63,932 bases of DNA. It comes from Vitrella brassicaformis CCMP3155. Taxonomy: Eukaryota > Protista > Chromerida. The DNA is taken from contig CDMY01000275.1 of NCBI GenBank assembly GCA_001179505.1, positions 1 through 63,932 of the forward strand. The letters are read 5' to 3'. This document shows positions 37,376 through 50,464 of this stretch, piece after piece (within the stretch, counting starts at the first letter, position 1; every line of letters begins with the position of its first letter). A model generated the notes under the pieces. It did no database searches. It worked only from the letters and a program-made list of their open reading frames with translations, and was not told the DNA's origin. The translations under genes and the position numbers were made by a program.

Positions 37376-39547
37376 TCAGCTGCCGGTTGTCCGGTCGCGG
37401 AGGAGTTTTTGCTGAAGAGGGCCTGCCCCCGGAACGTAGCCTGAATGCAAAGAGAGATACAGCAACAAGGCAGGTGCCCATCTTGAGGCGACTGCAGCCG
37501 GTTGGATCTGCCTCCTCACCTTGCCCTTTCGCGACTGCCTCCGGTCCACCTTGTGCGTACACGCCCGTATACGTGCTCTTGTCGTCGTGAAACTTGGTGT
37601 ACTCAGCCTTGGTGGCGTTGTATGTCGGGCCCTGAGTGGTCTCGATCTGACATGACAACCATATGGAACGGCATACTCACGGAGACATGTATGTGTCAGT
37701 GTGGATGATTGTCTTCTCTCACCTTCTGTCTGATGGCGTCCTCTGAGACTTTCTTCTTTTCGGCAATCAAAATGAGGGCGTTCTCGAACTCTGTGAATGT
37801 GATTTTGCGTGCTGCGGGGCCGCTTTTGACCTTGGCGAATGTGAGGTCGGCGTCGGTGGTGCTGAAGTCCTTCTCAATCACCTTCGTCTCCTGCAGGGAG
37901 AAAGAATGTCGCGCCAGCTCGTCCACCGATATCTCTCTGTCCTTGCCTTGAGCAGCTTGACAAATGATCGCCCGTCCAGCTCGCTCTGACCCCCGCTGAA
38001 GGCCAAAAAGGCCGAGTGAAGCGCGCCAAGCGAGGCACCTATATCCCAACAAGCAAGGTGCACTTTAGTAAAGCCCTCGTGTCTCTCTTATCGATGTGCG
38101 TCTTACTTCCGTCCTCGAAGTTGATCTCGCCTCGCTCTTTCATGCCAGATATCTTGGTGGCAGCCGCACAGAGCTTCTTTGCAGCAGCAGGGTCGCGGAG
38201 GAGCACGTCCTTGAAATAAGACTGACAGAATAAACGCACAAGTGCATGTTGAGCTCGCTGGCGAATGTCCTCTCCTCACGTACGTGCCACTCCGAGTATT
38301 CGATGATGCCGTTCTTGTTGACGTCTATCGAGTCGAATTGTTTGTAGTCGCTCTGGAGCTGCGGCACCTCCAGGGCCAGCTTGCCGCTCACCTTGATGTA
38401 CTCGTCAACGCTAAAACAGGACACGAGCACGTGTGTCGGTCAGTCTACGTGCAGCTCATCTGATGGGTACCTGATGTGGCCGTTGCCATTCAGGTCGAAT
38501 ATGAGGAAGAACTCCTGCAGGCAAACATCGATTCGGTGACGTGCAACAGCAGGAGGAGACACGATCACAGTGTATCCACCTGGATGCAGGCGTCGAGCTC
38601 AGGGTTCTGCAGACCAAACAGGCCGATCAACAGCCAAATTATCAACAGTGATGGTGTCTGTCTGTCTTGGTGTATCGGCCGGTGCTCAAGCACCTCGGTC
38701 TCCCATGTCTTCTTTCCCTTGTCGGCGGCCTCGACTTTGCCCGCGACCACCTTGCGGCCCTGTGTGGGAGGGCTGGCCTTGGCATCGCCCTCTCCCTCAC
38801 GCAGACCCTTCACACCTACAGATGGACAAATCCAATCCAATTGGTGTTGGCAGTGCAGTCTCTTCCTTCCCATCTGCTTTACTATCGCCATGCTCACCGC
38901 GCTCATTTGCGTTCGATCTGTCGGCGAACTGGGACAGGTCGGTATAGTTGCTGCGTCCAGCGTCGATTGTCGTCGGGCCACCGTGCTGATGGACACCCGT
39001 GTAGGTCGATTTGTCGTCGTGGAACCGCACGTTGTCAGCCACCGTCCCCGTCAGAATGGGGCCCTCAGCGCTCGCCAGACGCTCAATAAGAGCGTCTAGG
39101 GCGCATCCTTTCTGAAACAAACAGACCCACTCGATGGTCAGTGCCGTGGCTGTGTCTTGTGTCTGTGTGTCCAAGTCACCTTCTCTGCGACGAAGCCGAG
39201 GGCAAGATTGAACTGCTCGAAGGTGATTCTCTTTGCGCCTTTGCTCTTGACTTTGGTGAAGATAAGATCTGCACAGGAAAGAGTAATAGTGACAACCACT
39301 GCACGGCTTCTGAGTGTGTGCTCTGGCTGCCGGGTCTACCGGCGTCGGTCTGTGTGTATTTGCCGTCCAGCAGCTTGGTGTCCCTGAACAGCTTCACGAA
39401 CTGTTTGCTCTCCATCTCCTGCGCCCCTGCACGACAGATACCAACCCGCACTCTCACACACGCGGACACACAGACACAAACACGTGACGTGGGTGTGTCC
39501 TGCTTGCCACCAGTGAAGTCCAAGTACGTCTTCATCAAACCCGACAT
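37376..39547 (-). CDS. Multidomain TPPP: p25alpha - EF-hand pair - p25alpha
   Basis: Domain 1: EMESKQFVKLFRDTKLLD...DLIFTKVK...RITFEQF...RFHDDKSTYTGVHQHGGP. EF loops DLNGNGHI and DVNKNGIIEYSE. Domain 2: ELDGRSFVKLLK...DADLTFAKVK...KITFTEF...KFHDDKSTYTGVYAQGGP...GYVPG. The exons join in frame. Confidence 0.88.
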
Positions 39548-39724
39548 GGTCGAAGGAGAAGAGGAGAGGGGAAGAGGGAGAGAAGAAAGCCTGAGGGAGA
39601 GACTGCCTCGGGAGAGACTGCAGTGGGGGCCGGGAGGGGGCCAACCTGCGAGCTAAGCCGAGAACGCGAAGGGAGGTTTCTGTGTCAGCAACAGTTGACA
39701 GCACGAGAAGAAAGCGCAAGGAGG

Positions 39725-41556
39725 ATGGCGACAGGTGACGCCGGTTCGGGCAAGGCCGTTCACCTCAATATCTACGTCGCTCGCGACAGCGGGTCAGTGG
39801 TGCCCCTCCAGTTCGACTTCGACTACCTCAGCCCTGACATCGATGAAGCCAAGAAAGAGGAGCGCGTCCAGCAGGTGCTGGAAGACCTCAAGGAGGCGGT
39901 CATGGACGCCTGCAAGTGCCTTTCGCTCTCGGCCTTCCATCCCGGCACATCAGCCATCCGTCTGAGGGGCAGCGATGCACTCCAATACGAGCTCACCAAC
40001 ACGCAGACTTTCGGCAAAACACTTCGCGAGCTCCTCACCCCGCCCTCGCCCACGGAGGCGGTTCTCGCAGCGGCCCTCTCAACGGATGCATCACCGGCGC
40101 ACAGACGCCCCCCATGCGACTACTACGTCGACTTCGGTGACGAGTCATGGCGGGCGGCGCTTGAGAAGAGGAGCCAGATCAAGAAGGACGATCAGGCCCT
40201 GCGCAAGATGATGGAGAAGACACCTTTACCCAGTCCAAGTCCAGGGAATGGTGGTGCGGCGGCCAGCAGCGGGTCAGGAGAGAGGCTGTCGGGAGCAGGG
40301 CAGCCTGCGAAAGAAGTGGCGTTCGCGTCGCCTGCCAGGACGCCCAAGTCTGCCGCTGCTGCGGCCACTGCCGACCAGTCGATACCAAGGATGGTGAGTG
40401 AGGATCTGCTGCCGCAGGGGATCGAGCTGCCAGATTACGTAGTGAAGGTGAGCCAGGGAGGCGTGTCGGAGGGACAGATACGTGTGTGCGCATTGATCCT
40501 TGGTCGTTGGTCGTGGGTGTGTAGACCAAGGCTGATTTGCTTAAGTACAACTATCAGCCGTCGGTGTTCGGCTGCTCAATTCCCAAGGTATGTGCGCACC
40601 GCACCCAAACACTGACTGACATGACACAGGTCAGTCATTGCAGTCGTTCGTGGGGGTGTGTCCTGTCTGCTTCAGGCTGTCAAGGATCACGAGAAGAAGA
40701 GGTTGGAGGACGCTGAGTGGATCAAACCGAGACTACTCAGGTATACACAGGAAAGGAAAAGCACAACCAACGCGCCGAAGCGCACTTCACTTCACTTCAA
40801 GTGCCCTCCCTCTTTTGCCTCCATGCAGTGGTTTGAGTTTCAGCAAGTGCAGCGCCAAGCACCCGCAGCGAATCGAGCCGCGGAAGCTGCTGGCCAATCC
40901 AAACTACACGCAAATCACCATCGAGGGCGGCAGGAGGGTCCGCACCATACCCATTCACGAGGTGCTCTCAATTCACCTCGGTAGGTACGCCAGTGAGTGC
41001 GGGAGAGAGCGGGGCCGGCCCGCAGAATGAATGCAGACTTGACTTTGCTGCTCCCTCCCATATATCTATCCTGTGTGTGGTGTGTGTGGGGTGGGGTGTG
41101 TATCAGGGAAGGCCTCTCCTGAGCTGCAAAAGAACCAAGTGAACGTGCCCGAAACGCACTGCCTCTGTCTGCACCTGCACAAACGGTACAGACATACAGA
41201 CAGACAGACAGACACATACACACGCGATGAGAGAGCACACGCCCTTGTGTTCATTCACGAGCCACCACATCACATATGCGCATCGCATTCGTGGCTCACT
41301 CACATGACATGTGTGGTCATCACACAGGTACCTATCGATGCTCTTCGGCACACCGGATGACCGCAACCGCACAGCCCAGGGCATTGCCAAGCTGGTCAAG
41401 GTGCCCCTCTACGGCTATGATGGCAATGAGTGCATCCTGGACACCAGCGCCATGGCCTGCCCGGACCCCTGCGTGGCCATGGCCAACAACGGGGGTGTGG
41501 TGGTGCCACCAGCGATGCCTGTGGTGGTGCCGGGCCCGCAGCAGCCGAACGTGTGA
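39725..41556 (+). CDS. Protein with C-terminal PH-like domain
   Basis: Large first exon, then TKADLLKY..., RKLLANPNYTQITIE...RTIPIHEVLSIHLG.KASPEL...CLCLHLHKRYLSMLFGTPDDRNRTAQGIAKL (PH-fold pattern). Confidence 0.55.
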
Positions 41557-42043
41557 GCGAGAGCCCACCACAAGTTAATGAGGTGGCTGCTTGAGTTAAT
41601 GGTCCGTGCCTGTGTCGACAGAGACTGTAACTTCTCGTCCTTGCTGCTGGTGAAATAAAATGAGTGGGCTGTGGACCACAACGGGGGTTTTTGCAGCTGT
41701 AGATGGCGGGTGGGGTGGGGAGGGGGGTGTGGTGTGGGTGGTGGCACTGTGCTGTGGCTTACTCACTCGGTTAGGCTAAGACCCTGTGTGTATCTGTGTG
41801 CATATTGCTCCCTTCCTTGCCTGCTACCTGTTGATCTGACTGCTCCAGTCTGACTGCGCCAGTCTGCTTGACGGATGCACACATGTTTGGTTTGCCTGGC
41901 ATCATGATGGATGTTTGTCTCAAACAAATAAGGCAGGCGGACAACGAATGCGGTATGGCCCAACTACACCCATACATACAAAAGTCCCCACTTCTGTCTG
42001 TCATTCATGTCAAGCCATGAGGGAGGGAATGAACGTGTATCGT

Positions 42044-44834
42044 TCACGCTAAAGGCACCTTCACCAGGATCACACCAGGGGAGCCCAGACGCCACCGCAG
42101 CCGACGCGATAACTGAACAGCCAGCCAGCCAGCCAGCCAGAGAGACGTGACAGGGCCGTCGGCTGTCGTGCGTCTATGTCGCACCAGGAATGTCTGTATG
42201 GCGCCGGGCAGCTTCGGCCCCAAGTGCTTCTCACTGTGCAAACCACGGCCCTACACAACACACAATACACAATACACAATACACAAGCACCACCGAAGTG
42301 TGCGCCGTCGTCACCCTGCCGTCATCTTCCTTCTCACCGTGACAACGTGCATCAGAATCGGCTGGCCTGGATTTGGTGGCGGTTGACTTCTGAGCGGAGT
42401 CACACACCACAACACAATGGACGTAGGCAGGCAGGCAGGCCTACAGATAGATGCATGCATACGTCATGTGTTTCTGCAGCCGATCCATTCGCATCTCGAC
42501 GTACACCACCGCCTCGTCCACATAAAACCCGTGAAGGTCCACATAAAACAGCCCCCGGTCAGCGCCCCCCGCCGCCTCCCCCGGCCCGTTGTGCATGGCC
42601 CTCAGCTGTGTCGAATGGACGTCGATAAGCTCGTCCGCCATGCGGAACAGAGCCTCACGCAATCTGTCCCGCTCCGTCTGAGCCCGGCTGTCGGCCTCTG
42701 ACGCCATGGTTTTCTCCCTGTAAGCTTCGTCGTGACGGCGCATAGAGAAACTGGCAGCCGCATTCCTGCACCGACCATGCACACATTGGAGAGGGTAAGT
42801 GTGTGGCTCGGTTGCATGGAAAAGATGGGGTGGGGTGCAGCGCACCTTTTGAGCATGGCGGCGCTCTTGACCAGCGCCTCGTATCCACCTCGCATCCGAT
42901 CAAGCTGTAGCAAGTTGATCTGCCGCAAACCCTGATGCAATCAACAATTCCAAGATAGCGAATGTGCCTGCATACGTATGCAGGTCATTCCATTTCACCT
43001 GTGGGGTCTCTTCGAATGGCAGTGTAGAGTCCCCGACGAACTGTCGCAGCACGTGACGCGCACGCTTCCCCGGAACAGCGGGCGAGACACTGATCGGCTG
43101 CGGCACCGGCGACCGCCTCACAGCAGCAGCGTCACTGTCGTCAACCGGAGAGTCGTCCCTCCCTATAAGCAGCCGTTTTGGCTCTGGTGATATAGGTGAC
43201 CCCGCTGCCGCCCTCTCCCCCGCTCCCTGGTAGACTGGAGGCCCTTCTGGGTGAGGAATAAGCCCGAATACCTCCGCAAGATGCTGCTCCGTGGCTGTTG
43301 CGTTCTTGCCCAGACCCTCAAAGCACTGCTTGATGTCCTGCGGGTCCACATGGGGGAACTGCTCTCTCAGCCGCTCTTCCTTCCATTTGTCGGCTGCTGG
43401 TAGCCCAGCTCGCCAGCTGTCCTGATCGGAAGACGTCTTGATGGCTGACGCGGCATTGGGAGTGCGGGGGTCAGTGGATGTCACGACGTAGGTCACATCG
43501 CGATGTCGCTCTCGAGACGGCTTATGGATCGACGGAGCCACGGGGGAGTGAGACTGCTGTTTGGGCCTCGGTGCCGATTTGGTGAACCGCTCTTGACGCA
43601 GACGGGCTTTCCGAGATAGCTGCTGGTCAGACTTGTCCCCAACGCCAGTAAGATCTTTCTCAGATGCTTGCCCTGGCTGCTGCCCCTCCTCCCTCTCCCC
43701 AATGGTTGAATCGATGAACTCAATTGTCTTCTGCAGCTCCATTTCGTGCTCGTCGAGGAACAGGGAGAGGCTGTCCTCATCAATCCGGTCACCATAAAGC
43801 GCTGCTAAGATGCCCAGGGAGTCCTCCTTGCTGTCTGATGGCGGGGGCGGCTCGCTCCCGACGGCACGCGGGACCGCCGCATCAATGGCGGGGCTCGTCG
43901 GCAATGATATAGACACGGCCGGCGGTGATACGAGAGGCGCGTCCGTGTCTGTCGATGGAATGCCTTCGGGGAAAGGCGCCGCAGAAGGGAAGAGGGGGCT
44001 CGAGACGGACGATGACGGGCCTGATGATGATGAGTCGTCGGTGATGGTTGCTGACCGGCTGGCCTCGAGGATCTCTGTCAGTGCAGCTACTGATTGACGA
44101 AAGTCGCCTCCGCACCAGTCCATCACATCTGAGGAACACCGCACGCAGACCAGACATCTGTGTATTGTCCATCATCTTCTCACGTTCTATGTCCGTCGGG
44201 GAGAGATTGACGCTACGCTTCGACCTGAAAAACTCTTCAAGAGCCTTAACGCACCCCTCTCTCGTCAGCAATGACAGAAGTGATCCACTCGTGTCAGCCA
44301 ACTGCTGGCCATGGTCGGCCGACTCCTCAGCACCTCCATCTTTCTCAGCATTGCTGGAAGGCAGCAGCCGACTAACGACCTCATTCATGTCGCCCCCGCA
44401 GCCAGCATAAGTCCGGCTGATCACTCCCTCAGAGCAGTCAGACGCCAGCAATTCCTTCAGAAAAGACAGCTCAGCCGCAGACGGCTCGGTGGCCTCAGTT
44501 GCAGCAGCCGGCGGCGGGTCCGGCGGCATGGTTGCGTTGGTGGCTGAGTGCAGCATCACAGACTCTGCGATGGCCTCCTCTGTGGCTGCGTCGAAAGGCT
44601 CTGATGCCGGCGGCTGTGGCTGCATTTGCTTGAGCACCTGCTCCGTCTTGGAGAGATTCTTGCCACAGCCGAGGAAGACCTCGCGGATGACAGTCGCTGC
44701 ACAGAATCACACAGGAACACATTCATGAATATGTTTTGGCATGCGCGCATTTCTGGTTGTGCTGCGTTCGCACCATCAATGGATGGGTACTTGTCGCCAA
44801 GCGCCGACACCATAATCGACTCCATCTTCCCCAA
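42044..44834 (-). CDS. Smr (small MutS-related) domain endonuclease with CUE-like and DUF1771-like regions (N4BP2/Cue2-like)
   Basis: YVDLHGFYVDEAV, MHVVTGRGLHS, KLPGAIQTFL, PGVILV. Upstream helical segments LREQFPHVDPQDIKQCFE and LAALYGDRIDEDSL. Start approximate. Confidence 0.8.
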
Positions 44835-45104
44835 TCAGATCAGACAGTCACCACTGGAAGACAATTATTAATCACACGACCAAGCCGCAATGTATGAACA
44901 ACATCAAGTCACGGTGCCTATGACAAGCATGTGGCTGTATCCTCTGTATCCTCTTCCCCTTTCCTTGGCCCCGCTTCTGCGAGCTAAGCTTGCGCTGAAT
45001 TTGGTGTCTTTCTCGTCTTTTCCGCCGCTTCGAGCGATTGGCGCAAGGCACAGGCATAGATCTGACCCGTCACCGTCCCTCCCTCTCATCGCGTTGCCTT
45101 CAGC

Positions 45105-46802
45105 ATGGTGCCGCCTCACCTCAGCCTCTCGCTCCGCACGGCATTCGCCATGCTGCTCCTGACGTACGCATCCGCATTCCTCACCGTGCTCCCTGCGGTG
45201 TCCCCTTCAAGTACGGCCCCCCACCAGCCACTGGGCAAACCATCGTCATCTCTCCCCCGGAATGCCATGCCGGCCCTCTTTCTGTCGCGACGGCGCGACA
45301 AGGAGACGGCGGCGAGTTCTGTGGCAGTGCCTGAGAGCGTGGATCACCACCGTGCTGCGGTGCCCAAGTGGGAGGTGCTGGATGAGTATGACGAGGCCTC
45401 CAAGAAGGACAACACCAAGATGTTTGAGGAGATGATCGCCATGCGCGACAAGCTCTTCTACAAGATACAGAAGGAGCTGGGGCTCACCGAGGACAAGACC
45501 TTCACCGACCTCAAAGAGATCAAGGGCGAGGGAGATGCACGCCTGGGTAGGTCGGAACCAACGAACCAAGATGCAGTGCATGCTTCAGTTGATTTGCGTG
45601 TCTGCCTGCTGACTGAGAGCTGATACATGTGGCTTGGCTGGTTGATCCAATCCGTGTGTGTGTCAGGTGAGATCTTGAACTATCGCGGTGATAAGATCGA
45701 GTGGGGCGTGCGGTCATGGATCGGTGAGCAGCCATGCACACACACACACACACACACACGGACGGCCATCTGTCTGTCTGTCTGTGTCTGTCGTGTGTTT
45801 CTTCAGGCCGGCCGGCTGAGGCGTTCCACAACATCCATTTGACCATGTGGTGCAACGAGAAGACACACGCGCCGCATTTGGGGCTGGTCTTTGCTGCCGT
45901 GCCCAAACCATTCATCTACCTCGACGTCGTCCCGAGGTGCGCATCGCATCATCGATCATCTGCATGACCTTTCGCAGCCGCGCGTGTGACACAACACTGT
46001 GTGTGTGTGTGTGTATGTGTGGGTGTGGGTGTGGGTGTGGGTGCAGGTATGACCAGGCCATCAGTCCTGATTACTTGTGGGAGGTGCAGCAGGGCATCAA
46101 CGACGCCTGCATCGGGGCCAGAAGGAACCAGCAGGACTTCATTCCTTTCGTCTCAAGTACGTGAGCCGAATGGCATGCGCACACACGTGTGCCCGCCTGA
46201 CTGAGCGCTCTCCTTCTGTTGTCTTGTCTTTTCCCCGCCAGACGACAACTATATGCGAGCCTGCCAGTCGTCATCATCCGTCTGCGCCAGCTTCGACAAC
46301 TTCGACGAATATAAAGTCAGCAACACCGAACATCCACACACACACACACACACGCGCAGGGAGGGAGAAGATGTCATGGTTTCTGCTGGTCATCTCTCTC
46401 TCATCGTTCAGCGCAAAGCGTTTCCCCTGGCGGAGCAATACGTGGACTACTGGATCAGAATGGTCAAGCAGGCCAAACCTGTCGCATCACCCAATGAGCG
46501 GGCCAAGCTCCGCTCACGCGATAAGCTCTTCCGCAAGTACGTCATCGACCGCGACCCCGGCAACCAGTTCGCCGACAGATTCCTGGGACGGGTAAGCAAG
46601 TGGGTCGGTGGGCGTCACCCATCAGTGCTGTTTGTCATCGGGTGTCGTTGGCCTTTGGCTCAGGGAAAGACTGACCGTTACCTGCTGGCCATGAAGGGGG
46701 AACTGCCGACGGCCCTTGACGCGTCGACCGCGGCCGCCAACGCGGTCAAGACGGGAGGCGTGCTCTTCGTCGGATGCACAGGCACGTGACCTCACCAGCA
46801 CA

Positions 46803-46833
<31 letters not shown>

Positions 46834-48677
46834 TCATACCACCGCTCCTATGTGTGGGTGTCGTGTCGTTGACTGCTCAGGTCGGACTGGCCGTCAGGTG
46901 CTGCTGGGAGCGATCGACTCTGGCCTGACGCCCATTACCATCCTGACGCGGTCGGTGGACCGCCCAGCCGTCAAGGAGCTGATGGAAGACCCGCTGCTCA
47001 AGCCACACATCAACTTTGTCGAAGCGGATCTGGACCGACCTGTGAGGGTGGGGTGGCGGCAGTGTCGTGAGCGCACTGTATCTGTGTGTCGGGTGTCGTG
47101 TCGTGGTCAGGATACAGTTGAGAAGGCGCTCGAGGGCATCCAATACGTCTACTTGCACGCCACCTCGCCGTAAGAACACACACACATGCAGTGCCCTGCA
47201 GGCAGCTGTCTTGTCTGTCTGGATTGGTTCGTTCATTCAGTGATCTGACGATACCTCCACCAGAGGAGATTACACGCGCGGAGACGCTCATCGCCGCAGC
47301 CAAGAAGAAGGGTGGGCCAGGCCAGCAGAAAGAAGGACAGACACGGAAGGAAGGGCCAATAAATATTGGCATCATCGCGCCGCGCCTGCTTTTGTGCTGC
47401 CTACCCACCAGATGCGCGTCACATCGTGTTCAACAGCCACGCGTGCACGGACCACAATCCGTTCAAGATCGACCACATCACGCAGAAGGCCGCCATCGAG
47501 GAGGTCGTCAAGAACTCGGGCATCCCTTTCACCATACTCAGGCCGACACTGTTCATGGAGGTAAGTGGGCAGATACAGAGACACACCAGACAGACAGACA
47601 GACACGCCGATGTGCCAGTCTGTCCTGTCGGTCTGTGTACCTTACCGAGTCATGTTGGCATGTTGGTGTGCTGACATGACTGACACACGTCATGTCTACA
47701 GGAGCTATGGAAGGACTACACGCGCAAAGCGGTGATGAAGAAGAAGGTCTTTCCTTTCGCCCTTTCAGACGACACCAAGCTGCAGCTGGTGGGTGGATTG
47801 CCGGTCGCTGGAGCCACCAACCAACCCGACAAAAATATATGCCCTTCACCTGTTTGTTCATTCTTGTGTGTGTGCCTGAATCAATCAACAATCAGGTGTC
47901 GTGTCGTGACATGGGTGTGGAGGCAGCCAAGGCTCTCTTGAGGCCGGAATCCTCACTCGACAAGACTGTCGACATCGCTGGTGAGCAGAGCAAAGTCATA
48001 GCCCCTTCCCCTCCCCCCCCCCCCCCCCCACNNNNNNNNNNNNNNNNNNNNNNNNNNNNNNNNNNNNNNNNNNNNNNNNNNNNNNNNNNNNNNNNNNNNN
48101 NNNNNNNNNNNNNNNNNNNNNNNNNNNNNNNNNNNNNNNNNNNNNNNNNNNNNNNNNNNNNNNNNNNNNNNNNNNNNNNNNNNNNNNNNNNNNNNNNNNN
48201 NNNNNNNNNNNNNNNNNNNNNNNNNNNNNNNNNNNNNNNNNNNNNNNNNNNNNNNNNNNNNNNNNNNNNNNNNNNNNNNNNNNNNNNNNNNNNNNNNNNN
48301 NNNNNNNNNNNNNNNNNNNNNNNNNNNNNNNCCCACACACACACACACGCCTGCCTGCCTGCCTGTGTGTGCGTGTGTGTCCATCCCGTCTATCAGGTGA
48401 CGAGCTGACGATGTCCGAGGTAGCGTCAGCGTTCGGCGAGTCGATGGGCGAGGATGTGCGGTACAAGCACACCAAGCTCTACAAGCTCATCGCCCGCCTC
48501 CTCAACCGCAACCTCTACAACTTCATTCGCTTCTACGAGGGCGAGCCATACCGAGCCGCCATCCAACAACTCACCAACGAGCGGGCCGACGGCGGATTCC
48601 CAGAGCTGTGGAGCTTCAGTAAGTTCCTGGCACAGACGCAGTGGGCCGACAAGAACAGGTCGCTCAAGAACCTGTGA
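45105..48677 (+). CDS. Plastid-targeted red chlorophyll catabolite reductase (RCCR)-like ferredoxin-dependent bilin reductase fused to an NmrA-like NAD(P)-binding domain
   Basis: Signal peptide ending ASA|F plus Ser/Pro-rich transit peptide. RCCR-like HNIHLTMW...APHLGL...FIYLDVVPR...PDYL...FIPFVS...YVDYW...RSRD...RDPGN. Then VLFVGCTG|RTGRQV via GC-AG intron 46782-46880, ITILTR, VEADLD, KAAIEEVVKNSGIPFTILRPTLFME, VSCRDMG, DIAGDELT. Gap at 48032-48331 lies in an intron. Confidence 0.78.
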
Positions 48678-50464
48678 GGGATTTGTGCTCTGTGGTTGTG
48701 TGTAACCGAATTGAGGAAAGAGAGAGTGTTTGTCGGTAAGGCAGGCAGAGCGACGGCATAGCGCATGTAGGGCACTGTTGGTGCTGTATGTGTTCGTAGC
48801 GAGCTCTCGTCGAGTAGATAGAGGGGGCAGGGTAGAGAGAGGGAGGGAAGCTGTGTTTTTTCCCTTGCCTGGTCGGTAGGAAGGTGTGTGTATACCGATT
48901 CTGCCTCTCTCTGTCTTCTGTGTGGTTTCAGTCCGGCGCAGTCGAGCGCAAACTTGAGAGGAGGATAAGATCAGCCAGCTCTTCTTTTTCGTGGCCGGAT
49001 ATGTATCTGTGTGTGTGTGTGTGTGTGTGTGTGCGTGAGAGGGGCGAGAGGCAGTTGGTTGGGTATGGGTGTGTACAGACCGTCTGCACGTGGGTCGATT
49101 CGATTTAAGTACCAGGGCTGGCCTGGCTGCAGGCTGGTGCCCCCCTGCCTCCCTCACACCTCCTCGCTCTCTATCCCCTCCTCTCTCCCGTGTGTAAGCG
49201 ATGCCTACACACCTCCCTCCCTGTGGATACATTTGTTTGTTTCTGTCACGTAACGACCTGCCTGTGAGAGCGGGCAACGGCTCACTGACTGTGAGGGGTT
49301 TTCGATAGGGACGGACACGAGTGAACAGCTGTGTGAGTGTGTGTGTTATGTATACTACCCAATCTGACAGAAAGATTGATCGGACTCGTGTCTGTCTGTT
49401 CTGTCTGTCTGTGACGGCCATTTCTTCAGTAGTACCTCAATGGATAGATTGCACACACGCATACCACGCAGGCAGGAAAACAGAGCCAGTCAGCCACTGA
49501 CTGACTGACTGACCATGGAAAGAAAGAGCCCGGGCAAACACAATGAATGCGGCTGCTGATTCGTGAGTGCTTTGATGTCGTTGTGATGGACGGACAAGTT
49601 GATGCCGTCCATCACAGCGACATCAAGCCATTCACGAATCAGCACGCATGTGTCCGACACATACATGGCTGACAAATAAATGTGACATCTCACTCACTCT
49701 CTCTGAAGAAAATGCCAACACTCCAACAGCCAGCCATGCAATTGCACATCCATCCATGCCATGCAATTTGAGAAGTACTACACACACACAGGCAATCAAC
49801 CCAGCGAGCCTCTCCCTCACTGTTGGCCGATCCCCTGCCTGCCTGCCTGTCTGTCTGCCTGTCTGTTTGTCTGCGCGTCTGATGTCCACGGCTCTTTGGT
49901 GTGGACGACCAGACCAACACGCACAGATACATACGCGAGGGAGAGGGAGGATACATTGTGATATATATAAGGAGGAGTGATGGGTCCCGAAAGCCTAGTA
50001 GCTTTCTGCTTTTCTGCAGGGCCTGCCTGGCCTGTCCATCAGAGCAAACACAACACCCAAACACTCACACATGGAGAGAGACATCATATGTGACGAGCAA
50101 CGCAGTATATATACACACAGACATACATACGTACGTACACACACACATACAGATAGATGTATATGTACACGCCGTGCCGTGCCGTGCCATGCACCCACCC
50201 TACCCCGCCAGTGAGTGCCTTCCTCGGCTGGGCTGGGCTGGGCTGCGTTGCGTACACCATATCAATCGCATCGCATCGCATCAGCCGGCCGGGACAAATG
50301 TATGTGCAGCAGTAAAGAAAGAGCAAACCGACTGAAGCCGGCATGATCCTGGCTGTGGTGAGTGACACATGCATGTCTGCGCCATGCATCCCCCCTTTTC
50401 GGCCTTGTCATGCATGTGACTGCGCCATTCTCACTGAACCCATTTGAAGTGAAGTGAGTCACAC

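Noticed and set aside
46849-48677. Standalone NmrA gene starting MCGCRVVDCSG
   Set aside because: That start lies in (GT)-rich intron sequence and lacks the first half of the GxxGxxG motif, which the upstream exon supplies.
48700-50440. Microsatellite-dense intergenic stretch with many small ORFs
   Set aside because: The ORFs are translations of (CA)/(GT)/(CAGG) repeats; no coding signal.
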